Of a stretch of DNA of 64,000 bases, positions 49,001-62,283 are shown in pieces (position 1 is the stretch's first letter; every line of letters begins with the position of its first letter). The DNA is from Scyliorhinus canicula. Taxonomy: Eukaryota. Where the stretch lies: NCBI RefSeq assembly GCF_902713615.1, contig NW_024055909.1, positions 62,001 through 126,000 on the forward strand, read 5' to 3'. The notes beneath the pieces were generated by a model. It made no database searches and had not been told where the DNA came from. It saw nothing but the letters and a program-made list of their open reading frames with translations. A program made the position numbers and the translations under genes.

Positions 49001-52000
49001 AAATCCCATCCTGGAAGCTGGTGGAAATGTAATAATAATAATAAAATCTGCAACTGGAAGCTGGTCTTTGTAATGGTACTGCGGAAACTGTCAGCAACTA
49101 TGGCAAAAATTATGTGGCAGAACCAAAAGTGAAATTGATTGGGGAATGAGAGATGCTATCCTCAAGAGAGCACCAAAAGCTAGATGAAGGGTAGGATACA
49201 ATATACTAAATTTAAATGACAGTAAAATGGACTCAATGACAGGATTTCCCTTTCAGACCCCTGCCTTCTCTTGTGTAAAAGTGTGGCCGATGATGAAAGC
49301 GTGCTCTCTGTGCTCCACTATCTCATAAATGCAGACTAAAATCAGAATTTCTTAGTATTAATTCATATCTATCATAAACCGTCGACCTTTTTGCTTATTT
49401 CATGATACAAATCAAGATTCTAACTTGCTGACTCGACCATTCTTTCGCAGCAACACCGTCTGTGCCCTTGCTCTACGCTCTGCTCTCCTCCTGTCAGCAA
49501 CACAACACTGACGGCGCCCTTACCTACGGCTGTTTGGCGATGGACTACTCCCCAGAAATCACCACCCTCACCTGGAAGAAGGATCAAGAGGCGATTACCA
49601 CTGGATTGAGGACTTACCCATCAGTGCTGAACAAGAAAAGAACCCACACCCTCAGCAGCCAGTTAACAATCACTGAATCGGAGGTGGGGAGCAGCAAAAT
49701 TTACTGTGAGGTTCAACGCGGTGGGACGGTCTGGAAGAAGGAGATGCCAGGTTAGTGTTGTGGGATGCACGGGCCGACAGTGCCGGGTGTGGGTGAAGAG
49801 TGAATGTGGCCAGAAAATAAATTGAGTTCAAACTATGGATCAAATAGGTCAGAAGCAAGTGCAAGTATTGTGAAATGTCCAAATTCTCACATCATACTTA
49901 CTGCCTCGTGGATATTTATATTCCATACCGCACACTTAATGTACTGTGCAAGGTTCTAGTCTCCACATCACACTTAATGTATTGTGCGTACCTCTATTCG
50001 TCACATCACACGTGGTTTAATGTGTACATTCCTGATCTACATTTGACACTTTGTGCAATGCATACAGCAGCATTGGCCTCCATTTCATACTTAGGGCATA
50101 AATTAATTTCATACTCGGTCTACCGTGTACAGTTCCGGCCCCCACATCACACTTAATGTTCGGTGTAAATTACTGGTTTTGCTCCCCACAATGCACTCAG
50201 CCATTCGTGTACCTTTCTAGTCCCCACAGGGTGACTTGGTGAGTGGCACAGTGGATAGCACTGCTGCCTCACAACTCCAGGTTCCCGGGTTAAATTCCGG
50301 CGTCGGGTGACTCTCGACTCTCGGGAAACCGGGGTTTCCGCCGGATGCTCCGATTTCCTCCCACAGTCCAAAGATGTGCAGGTTTGGTGGATTTGCCATG
50401 TTAAATTCCCCCTTAGTGACTAAAAGGTTCGGTTGAGTTACGGGCTAGGATGGAGGTGCGGTGCACTTTCAAGGGCTGGTGCAGACTCGGTCGGCCGAAT
50501 GGCCTCTTTCAGCACTGTAAATGCTCTGATTCACAATGCACTTTGTGTCTTGTGTACATTTCTGGTGTCCACTTTACACTTAGTATTCCATGTACAATTT
50601 GTCCATAACACACTTCGTGATTTGCGTACATTTATTGTCCCCACAGCATACTTTGTCCTCTGTGTACATTTCTGGTCTCCAAATTACACTGATAGTGTAC
50701 TGCATGCAGTTTTGGTCGCACACTACATTTAGTTTTCGGTAAACATTACTTTGCTCCGTTATCACTCCTACAATAATGCATTCAATTTATTCCATGTCAG
50801 GAGAATAATACATTGGAATAATACATTGGAATAGGAGGAAACCTACTCATGAGGGCGATAGATTATCTTTGCCAAGACAGACTGGATAGCATGCCAGCCT
50901 TTTCTCTATTAAGCAGAATTAAGGTAATCAGACTTATGAAGCAGATGGATAGATCACACGCAAACTACCGTCCATTTGGACAACAGAATGACTTAACAGA
51001 TGCAATCCGCATTTGAAAACCTGATTTACAAAAAGAGTGAGCACAACATAGAGCTTGCTGTATTTGTGGCGTTACATAGGTTTATTCAGGGAAACATTAA
51101 TAGATGCAGAAGTACACAAGGAATAATAAGAATAATGTTGTTTCCATACAGCGAGATGAAGCAGGGTGAGAAGATATTCATGTGGAATATAAACACTGCC
51201 GTTGAATCCTGCGGTCGAGTGGCATGGTTCTGATTTGTGGCTTTTATGTAACTAATTCAAATATTTGTAATTGTTTGGTTTGAAACGGAATTAATTGAGA
51301 ATAACACATTTTCTTGAAGACCGCGTGGTTCATCATCCAACTGTTCTCCTCACATTGAGTGCCAGAGAAGAAATCACAAGCAACAGATTTGCAACTATAG
51401 TCTGTTCAATCGTTGATTTTCGTCCGAATTCCCTCAACGTGAAGTGGTTGAAGAATGGTCAAGTCATAGATTCGGGCTTCATCACTTCTCCCGGCTTCGA
51501 AGTAAAAGGGAACTTCGCAGCGACGAGTCATCTGACAGTACCTGCTGGGGAATGGTTCAGCAACACGGTCTATACCTGCCAGGTCACTCATAAAGACTCC
51601 ACTCAAAGCCGAAACATCACCAGATCTCAGGGTAAGAGACCAATCCAAGAAAGTTAATGGTCATTCGTATTTCGCTCAAAGTCAATAATAATATTAGAAT
51701 CTTCATAAGTCCTAGAATTAGTCCTATTTGTCAATTGCGTAATTTGTGCCGCCTTCAAAATTTCAAAGGAAGGAAAGCCTTTCCTTTACACAATGTCTTT
51801 TCGAACATCGGATAGACCCAACCAATTGCCTCAGAAATGTGCTCATTGTATTAGAGTACAACACTTGTTAGCGGGTCTGCACAGAACATCCCAGAAAAAG
51901 AGATTTGATGCCAATACATTTTGTGGGTCTGATTCTGTTTCTTGAGGGCTACATCTTTCCCAGGAAACAGTCAGACTTCATCTGAGTGTTTCAATTGTTT

Positions 52001-55000
52001 TCCATATTATTTTCATTGCTTATTTCCAGCACCTACAGAGATTGGATTTGAGAATGAATAACTTTCTTGGTTTTCTTCTAGGTAGTAACAAAGGAAATTT
52101 CACATCACACTGACAAAGAAGATATTCCCTAAGCTTAGCATCTCACGCTAAAATCCATATCTCCCACAATAAAGTACTGGCTCGGTGCCACATTGATAAT
52201 GTCACTACAATCGTGTGCTGAGAAAACTCTGGAGTGCGAATTCTACCCACGTTCCTTGTGAAGCAGTGTTCTAGGTTCCAAGACCTTCCAAGCGGGCAGC
52301 ACGGTAGCATGGTGGTTAGCATAAATGCTTCACAGCTCCAGGGTCCCAGGTTCGATTCCCGGCTGGGTCACTGTCTGTGTGGAGTCTGCACGTCCTCCCC
52401 GTGTGTGCGTGGGTTTCCTCCAGGTGCTCCGGTTTCCTCCCACAGTCCAAAGATGTGCGGATTAGGTGGATCGGCCATGCTAAATTTCCCGTAGTGTCCT
52501 AATAGTAAGGTTCGGGGGGGGGGGGGGAGTTGTTGGATTACGGGTATAGGGTGGATACGTGGGTTTGAGTAGGGTGATCATTGCTCGGCACAACATCGAG
52601 GGCCGAAGGGCCTGTTCTGTGCTGTACTGTTCTAAGACCTCACACAATAACGTGACATTTGTTTATTTTTTTAAAAATTTCCAATTAAGGATCAGTTTTG
52701 CGGGATCAATCCACCTAACCTGCACATCTTTGGGTTGTGGGCTGAAACCCACGCAGACATGGGGATAATGTGCAAACCCCGCACGGTCAGTGACCCACGT
52801 CCGGGATTCGAACCCGGGTCATCAGCACCGCAGTCCGCGCCACATGCCGCCCTTTAACGTGGGATTTTGGATCAAATGTGGGACAGTCAGTGGGGAGCTA
52901 TTTGTTTCACCTTTATCCCAAATTGGGACTGGTAGTACCTGACTGCAAAACATTACTGCACACAACTCCAATTCTAGCAATGATATAGAAATTATACCTG
53001 CTTTTGCTTTCAGTGTAAGCAGCACAGCTGGCAGGTTCCATCGACAAACTCGCATTCCATTGATCGTAAAGGATTAATGGTTGAGCTAATTGAGGTCTTT
53101 CGGTTAATTCATGAAATTGAAGTTACTGTATAAATATTTACTCTGGGTTACGTCCACATAATTAGTGATTGTATTCTTGTGATGTCAGCTAAGATACCTC
53201 GTTAGGAGTTGATGTTAGGAAAACAGAGTTAGCCTTAAGTGATGTATATTTGTATTGTTAAATATTACCAAAATGTATCAATTTAGGTGAGTTTAGTTTA
53301 ATGTTTCTGTGTAAGAAATGGCAAACTTTTAGTTATATTCCAGCTGGACAAAGATGTTCTATGTTTGGAGGTTTGGTTTCAGTTCAAACTGTGCTTCTAG
53401 TGTGCTGAGTGTTGTTATGGAGTGAAGAGTAAATAACAGTTAGCAGAAGCGTAAGGCCATTGGTTAGCAAACGAGAACACTTTTAAGGGACAGGGTTCCT
53501 GAGTTTATGTTTAGCTGAAATCATCTGAAGTTGGTTTAGAAGGTTTGATACGGAATATGCTTTGCTTTGCTAGAAACACTGTAGACCATTATAACTTTAA
53601 TTCTGCCCAAGGATTACTATTGTTTAAAAAGAGAGATTAGCATTTTCTCGGCAGCCACATCACGACTTACAAACCAATAAAATGTCTGCCACGCTATTGG
53701 CCGTGTTTTAAATTAATTTGAGTATCCAATTGTCTTCTTTTTCAATGTAAGGGGTAATTTTAGTGTGGCCAATCCACCTATCCTGCACATATTTTAGAGT
53801 TGTGAAGGTGAGACCCACACGGGGAGAATGTGCAATCGACACATGGACTGACCTGGGCCGTGAACGAAGCCGAGTCCTGGGCGCCGTGAGGCAGTTGTAC
53901 TAATCACTGGGCCACCGTGCCACCCTGACCTTCTTCCGTGTTGTGATAGTCTTTTGGTTCTTAGTTTCCTTGCATTCGGTTGTGGTGATGTTCCTTCTGT
54001 AGCACGATTCCCCCTGTATTTAATGTAATTATTGTAGCTGGCATTTTGTTTAGCCATTTCCAATGGCTCGGTCTGGACATAAACAGGAAATTCTATTGAG
54101 TCTTCCAGAAATGTTGCAACTCCCTGATTTTCAAATAATGATTGTGCTTTACACGACAGGGAGACATGAAATGTCACAAATATATATTTATCTTGTGAGA
54201 GTGAAAACTGAATACCGGTGTTCCTATTTTGAAGATGCCATTTTATTTGACATTCACGTCTGCTTCCCAGATAATTCCCGCTGCACATATCCTGTAATGA
54301 CTCTGCTGCCACCACCAATCGAACAACTCTTATTGGAGGCCACAGTAACCTTAACCTGCATTGTATCTAATGCTCCCTATGGAGTCAATGTGTCTTGGAC
54401 CCTGGAGAAGAAGATGCTGAAATCAGAGATTGCCGTACAACCTGGTGAAGATTCTCACAGTGTGATCAGCAAATTAAACATCTCGACACAAGCCTGGCTG
54501 AGTGGGGCTGTGTTTGTCTGCGTGATGAGCCATCAGGACCTGCCAACCCCTTTAAGAAATTCATTCTGCAAGGAAGGTGAGTGATTAGATTGAAGCTACA
54601 AGTGAGTGGTTGTGTCTATTTCCAGTTTACACGTCAATTTCTGGTATCCAGTGTATTACCGGACCACTTTGATTGCTAATTTCACGATGAGAAAATGTCT
54701 GTAAGGGTATATGATGCAGTTCAGTGCAAGTGCACAAGTGAACGAATGGGCACGGAGATGAAGGATGAAGGTTAGATGAGTTATGGTAGTAGGAACCTCG
54801 TGTTGCTCTTGAACACCAGCACAGAGCAGTTGGGCAGAAGGGCCTCTTTCTGTGGTGTAAACGTTATACACTGTCCAACCTCCTAATTTCTCCAGTGAAA
54901 TGATGATGTCCAATTCTTCTCCGCGCTGGCAAACGGGACAGACTCCAAAACTGAGAACGAAAAAAATAAAATCCAAAGCAAAACGCAGTTTTCTCACATC

Positions 55001-58000
55001 TATCCTATGGTTCCATTATCTCCGGAATTCCCCATTTTATTGATATTTATTGTACATTTTCAGCAGATCCAAATCCACGGGAACCGTCCGTCTCCGTCCT
55101 CCTGCCCTCGGCTGAAGACGTCTCCGCTCAGAGATTCGTCTCCCTCAGCTGCTTAGTGAGAGGTTTCTCCCCCCGAGAGATCTTCGTCAAGTGGACCGTC
55201 AATGATAAGCCGGTGAATCCCGGGAACTACAAGAACACCGAGGTGATGGCGGAGAACGGCAATAGCTCCTTCTTCATGTACAGCCTGTTATCCATTGCAG
55301 CGGAGGAGTGGGCCAGCGGCGCTTCTTACTCCTGTGTGGTGGGACATGAAGCCATCCCCTTGAAGATCATCAACAGAACGGTTGATAAATCCAGCGGTAA
55401 ACCCAGTTTTGTGAACATTTCCCTCGCTCTGATGGACACTGTCAATTCATGTCAATGAGAATCTATCGAGTAGAATTCTTACCTTCGGATACATAATAAA
55501 GGGATGTTCCCCACTTATGAGTTAACTACACATACTGTGAATTAATAGTTTTCCAATTTTGCTGATATTCGACATGTTAAATTGAAGCCACATAGTTACA
55601 GCCTCAGCTCTTTTATAACTTAATCTCAAATATACCTGTCCTAGAGACAGAGGAAAGATCATTCATTTCACAAAGTAATTACGTCAACTTTCCTCCCGCT
55701 GACGAATGATCTGACAATTTTATATTTCAGACAAACAAACACATCATATTTATATCTCGGTGTTCCTGCTTCTCTCAGTGTCCATCCCTTTAAAATTGAT
55801 GTCAGCTTTCTGTTGCTGCATCAAATCTACTGGGAGAAAAAATGATTGCCATTCAGGAAAGCAAATGATATCTCCAGTTCACAACCAAGGTGCAAGGATG
55901 GACATCATTGAGCACATTGAACACCCGCTTCCCCAACAGAGTGAAAATTCCGCAAACACTCTCGGACACAAGATCAATGGCGCGCAAACACAAGCACACA
56001 CACAGGCACAAAACAAACTCACTCACAGAGAGAATAACACACACGAATACACTCATACACACTCTGACATTGGATCACACGTACACTAATAAGGGTCAAA
56101 ATGTAAAGTCACCGTAGTCCCAGATTACCACAGGCTGTTTTCCCCTTTGAGGGGGAGAGCTGACTGGTGGTGATTTAACCTGGCGATCACCACACTTCAG
56201 GCGAGGGGCAAGGTTGAGAAGACAGGGCCTTCAGGAATAACCTCTGCGGCACTAACATATACTATTCTAGGCAGACATAGGCTCAGGCACACACACACAC
56301 AAACAGATTCCCCGACAGACGCGCACACAAACACATTCACACACACATACACAAACATTCATAGAAAGACAAAGCTTCACGGACATGCAAAAGAATACAC
56401 CCACACAGACACCCTGACACAAGGGGTTGGTTTAGCTCACTGGGCTAAATCGCTGGCTTTTAAAGCAGACCAAGGCAGGCCAGCAGCACAGTTCGATTCC
56501 CGTACCAGCCTTCCTGGACAGGCGCCTGAATGTGGCGACTAGGGGCTTTTCACAGTAACTTCATTGAAGCCTACTCGTGACAATAAGCGATTTTATTTCA
56601 TTTTTCACAAGGTAGCAGGCACGGGCATCGACACATCCGCAAACCCACTCTCTCCTACACGTACACTTGTTGCGACGAATGATATTGCACAAAACCAAAC
56701 TCCAACTCACACAGGCACTGATATATATGCGGACACAGCCAAACACAGTTACACTCACAAAGACATGTGCACGAATTCATGCATACACATGAGACACGAA
56801 GACACAGATTGAAACACATACGCAGAGCAATATAGACGCAGGCTGACACAAAATTACTCAAGTGAAGATCCACATAAACACAAAAATGCAGACACAAACA
56901 GACACCCACCCACACAAATCATTTATATGCACTTACATGCAACGACAAATGCTCACACACACACATACCTAAAACACAGGCACCGCACATATATGGACAC
57001 AGGAACACACAAAGCTCCATGGATTAAGATGCACAACCAGAAACATGCAGACACAACCACACACGCACAAAGACTGATACAAGATTACTCACAGAAATAC
57101 ACGCACCCTCTGTAACGCACACGAACAAACTCAAACACAAAGTGACAGAAGATCACTGCCATCAAAGTATTACGCAAATACACATACAAATGCAGATACA
57201 AGCATACAGATACAGAAGGTGACACACATGCACACAAAAAATCACATACACACGAGATCACGGACAAACTATACACCCTTCAAATTTATATACACTGGTG
57301 CAAAATTATACACACAAATACACATACACACAACAGAAACACAGAGAGAAACACACACAAAGTAAACAAGATCTCTGACACAAGCAATAATGCACAGGAC
57401 ACACAGAGACACGCCAACACATTGACACAGACAAGATCACGCTCAATCACTTATCCGAGTGCACACGCAAACATACCGACACAAATGTACAAGCATAAAC
57501 CACTCGCACTCATACGGTCATGAACTGAAAAGCACAGACGCCCATCATACACACATACAGACGCAGACACTGCTCAAGATCACTCACACCCATACAAATT
57601 CAACCACACAAGGGCACACAAGCACAGACGCGCACATATAGAGTGACACAAAATTACAAACCCATACTCACTGACACAAGATTACTCATACACATTAACA
57701 CACACGCTCACAGGACACAAGATTACTCACACACAGAAACATTCACACGTGAAGTGACACATACACGGGCACACAGAGGCACAGACTAATACTGTCAAAG
57801 GTCACTGACATAATTATGCCAGAGCATCACACAAATGCACAACGTGAAACGTGAACACACAGACAATAACACACATGCACAAGCTGACATGCCAGGATAG
57901 GGGACACAAGTACACATTCACACAGCAAGACGCAAGTGTACACACTATAGCACACACAATTACACTGACATAAGATCACACACAGCACACAAGCATGTGC

Positions 58001-61000
58001 ACGTACGCAGAGGCACAGGTATGCACACATTCATACGGACATGTAAACACACCCATGCACGTACACACAAGCACACTGACACAAAATCACTTGCACGCAT
58101 TCACACAAAGAACACAAAAACAGACACCGACACACGATCACACAAACTCAGAGCATATGCACGAACACAGAAAACTAGACAGACACACAGATAGAGACAT
58201 ATAGGCAAACATACATGTACGTAAACACTCACTGACACAGAGACGTAGGCACAGACACACGATCACTCACACATTCACCCGGGTACACATACATTGGGAA
58301 ATGCACACATGTGCCACACGCACACTCGCAGACAGAGAGAAATACAAACAAAAGCACAAGGACACATGCACACACAGGGACGCACAGACGTAGATACACA
58401 AAGAAACTAACACACACAGTTGTGCACGCCAATAGACACAAACACAGAAATACACTCCAAGAGGCACACATAACTATGGACGAAAACATATACACAGATA
58501 AACACACATGTACATACCCATAAACTCACACACACAAACCCACAGAAACCTGAAGACATGTCAATGCCCACAAAATCATATCTATACGCACACACTAATA
58601 CATACGTATAAACACCGAAGAATACAGAGATGCACATACACAAATTGGGCAAGATTATTTGCCCTCTCCGAGGCGGATTTTGCAGTGGCGAGATCTTCTC
58701 GTCTCATAGAATTTACAGTGCAGAAGGAGGTCATCCGGCCCATGGCGTCTGCACCGGCTCTTGGAAAGAACACCCGAACCAAGGTCAACACCTCCACCCT
58801 ATCCCCATAACCCAGTAACCCCACCCAACACTAAGGGCAATTTTGGACACTAAGGGCAATTTATCATGGCCAATCCACCTAACCCGCACATATTTGGACT
58901 GTGGGAGGAAATCGCAGCACCCGGAGGAAACCCACGCACACAAGGGGAAGATGTGGAGACTCCGCACAGACAGTGACCCAAGACAGAATCGAACCTGGGA
59001 CCCTGGAGCTGTGAAACAATGGTGGTATCCACAATGCTACCATGCTGCCCCTCGCTGCCATTAATGTGATTTCCCATTGAATCCACCTCACGCCGCCGTG
59101 AAACCCACGGTGGTGGTGAGCCATTGGTGGAAGCGGAAGCGGAAGATCCCAATCTTGAACAGCCGGAAGATCTGGCCCTATAATATTTACAGAAACCCAC
59201 ACCTAAGAAAACACACATGCGCACATAAAGATATGCATAGATGCACATACAAATACACAAAGGTTCATACAAACACAATCCAATTAGCAGAATGATAGAA
59301 TCTCGTGCATAAGTATTGCCATATTCATTGTTATACTTTTAAGAACACCGAAGTTTAGCCATAAAATACACAATCACGTAGATTAATGCAGGCACTTTAT
59401 GCAACGTTATGAAATCTTTGATACAAGGACACATAAATAATATTCTCAGACATTGAGAAGATATAACAATTAATATGGTTACACAGACACACACACATAA
59501 ACACACGCAACAATACACATGTGCACGTAAACAGATGTCATCACAAAGTTATCAATGTTCATCGACACATAAAGTCAACCAATAACACATAGAGGCACTC
59601 ATGGGAGCACCAGCATGCGAGTGTCACCGTGTGTGAGTGATCATCATTAAACTAACAACGAAAAAATATATATAAACAGATGTATTAACAGCATTGACCC
59701 ACTTTAGCACAAATGTGAATATGGAAATCTGAACATCAAAACATCAGCAAACTGATAAATGCACTCACATACACACAGTTGTAGATGAACAGACTTACAC
59801 TCACAGAAACAAGCATGAAAATAATCGTATCAACACTCGTATCACACATAAGACCAGAAGACCTAGGAGCAGAATTAGGGCACTCGGCTCATCGAGTCTG
59901 CTACGCCATTCAATCATGGCTGATATTTTTCTCATCACCATCCCCCTGCCTTCTCCCCATAATCCATGATCTCCTTATTAATCAAGAACCTATCTACCTC
60001 TGTATTAAAGACACTCAATGATTTGGCCTCCACAAGCTCCTGTGTTAAAGAGTCCCCAAAAATTCACCATCCTCTGACTGAAGAACGTCCTCCTCACCTC
60101 TGTTTTAACTGATCGTCCCTTCAATCTGAGATTGTGTCTTCTGGTTCTGTTTTTTCCTACAAGTGGAAACATCCTCTTCACATCCACCATATCCTCTATC
60201 CTCTATCCTCGCAGTATCCTGTAAGTCTCAAGCCCAGATTCCTGAACCGTTCCTCATACAGCAAGCGCATAATTCCAGGGATTATTCCTGTGAATCTCCT
60301 CTGGACCCTTTCCAAGGCCAGCATATACTTCCTTAAATACGGAGCCCCAAACTGCTCACAGTACTACAAACGTATTCTCGCCCCTTCGACATTGCATTTG
60401 CCTTCCCGACTGCCGATTGAACCTACACATTAACCTGAAGAGAATTTTGAACAAGGACGTCCAAGTCCCCTTGTGGTCTGATTCCCTAAGAATTTCCCCG
60501 TTCAGAAAATAGTCTGTACCCACATTCCTCCTTCAAATGTGCATAACCTCATACTTTTCCATATTGTATTCCATCTGCCATTTCTTTGCCCATTTTCCTA
60601 GCCTGTCCAAGTTCTCTGCAGGCCCTCTGTTTCCTCAATACTACCTGTCCCTCTACAGACCTTTGTATCATCTACCAACTTAGAAACAATGGCCTCAGTT
60701 CCTTCTTGCTGATCAATAATGTATATCGTGAAAAGTTGTGGTCCCAGCACCGACCCCTGAGGCACACCACTAGTCACCGGCTCCAATCGTGAAAAAAAAC
60801 TCTTTATCCACATTCTCTGCCCTCTGCCAGCCACCTAATTCTCTATCCATTCCATGATCTTAGTCTTAACACCATGGGCTCTTAACCTATTTAAGTCTCC
60901 TATGCGGCACCTTGCCAAAGGCCTTCTGGAAATCTAAATGAATCACGTCCACTGTTTCTCCTTTGTATAACTTCTTTGTTACCCCCTCAAAGAACTCTAA

Positions 61001-62248
61001 CAGATTTGTCAGGCATGACCTCCCTTTGACAAAGCTGTGCTCACTCAGTCCTATTTTATTATGCACTTCCAAGTATTCCGCCATCTAATCTTTAATAATG
61101 AACTCTAAAATATTACCAATCACCGAAGTCAGTCTAACCTGCCTATAATTTCCCGTCTTCTGCCTCCCTTCATTCCGAAACAGTGTTGCTGCATTAGCTA
61201 CTTTCCAGTCTACTGTGACCCTCCCTGCCTCCAGTGATTCCTTAGAAATCACCACCAATGCCTCAACAATCTCCTCGGCTATCTATTTTAGAATCCTGGT
61301 GTGGAGTCCATCCGGTCCAGGTGATATATCCACCTTCAGACTTTCAGTTTCCCCAGAACGTTCTCCTTAGTGATGGTCACTACACTCAGCTGTGCCCCCT
61401 GATTCTCCCGGTTTTTTGGCATCCCACTGGTGTCTTCCACCGTGAAGACTGATGCAAAGTAACTATTCAGTTCCTCCGCCACTTCTTTGTTCCCTATTAT
61501 TACTTCTCCAGCCTCATTTCAATGTCTATTTTTGTCTCTCTTACCTTTTGTATATTGAAAAAAACTCTTCCTATCTTCTTTGATATTACGAGCTGGCGTG
61601 CACTCGTATTTCATCTTCTCCCCTTATTGCTTTTTTAATTGTCCTCTGCTCGTTTTTAAAGGCTTCCCAATCCTCTGACTTCTTACTAATCCTCGTCACT
61701 TTGTATGCTTTTTGTTTTGTTTTGATGCTGTCCTTGACTTCCCTCGTCAGCCATGGATGCCTTGTCCTCCCTTGAGCATGTTTCCTCCTCATGGGATGGA
61801 TTAATGTTGTGACCTCCGAACAACCCCCAACACCTCCTGCCATTACTGTTCCATTGAGGTCTTTCCTGTTAGGCTCCTTTTTCAATCAACTCTGGCCAGC
61901 TCCTCCCTCATGTCTTTGAATAGACATTAACAGTCATAATAATAATAACCTTTATGATTGTCACACGTAGGCTAACAGTAACCGAGCAATGAAGTTACTG
62001 TGAAAATGTCCTAGTAGCCACACTCCGGCGCCTGTTCGGGTAAACAGAGGGAAAACTCAGAATGTCCAATTCAACTAACCTGCACATCTTCGGACTGTGG
62101 GAGGAAACCGGAGCATCCGGAGGAAACTCACACAGACAGGGGAGAACGAGCAGACTCCGCACAGACAGTGACCAAGTCGGGAATTGCATCCGAATGCCTG
62201 GAGTTGTGAAGCAATTGTGCTAACCAATGTGCTACCGTGCCGCCCATA

Positions 62249-62283
<35 letters not shown>

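Noticed and set aside
49451-55458. IgW, IgNAR or IgM1gj-type three-domain constant region
   Set aside because: Four C exons including Cmu1 and Cmu2, with IgM-type tailpiece and TM sequence.
6013-62278. Many recurring short ORFs ([28 protein letters not shown])
   Set aside because: Translations of V-SINE copies, not genes; the repeats are not regularly spaced, so not a CRISPR-like array.
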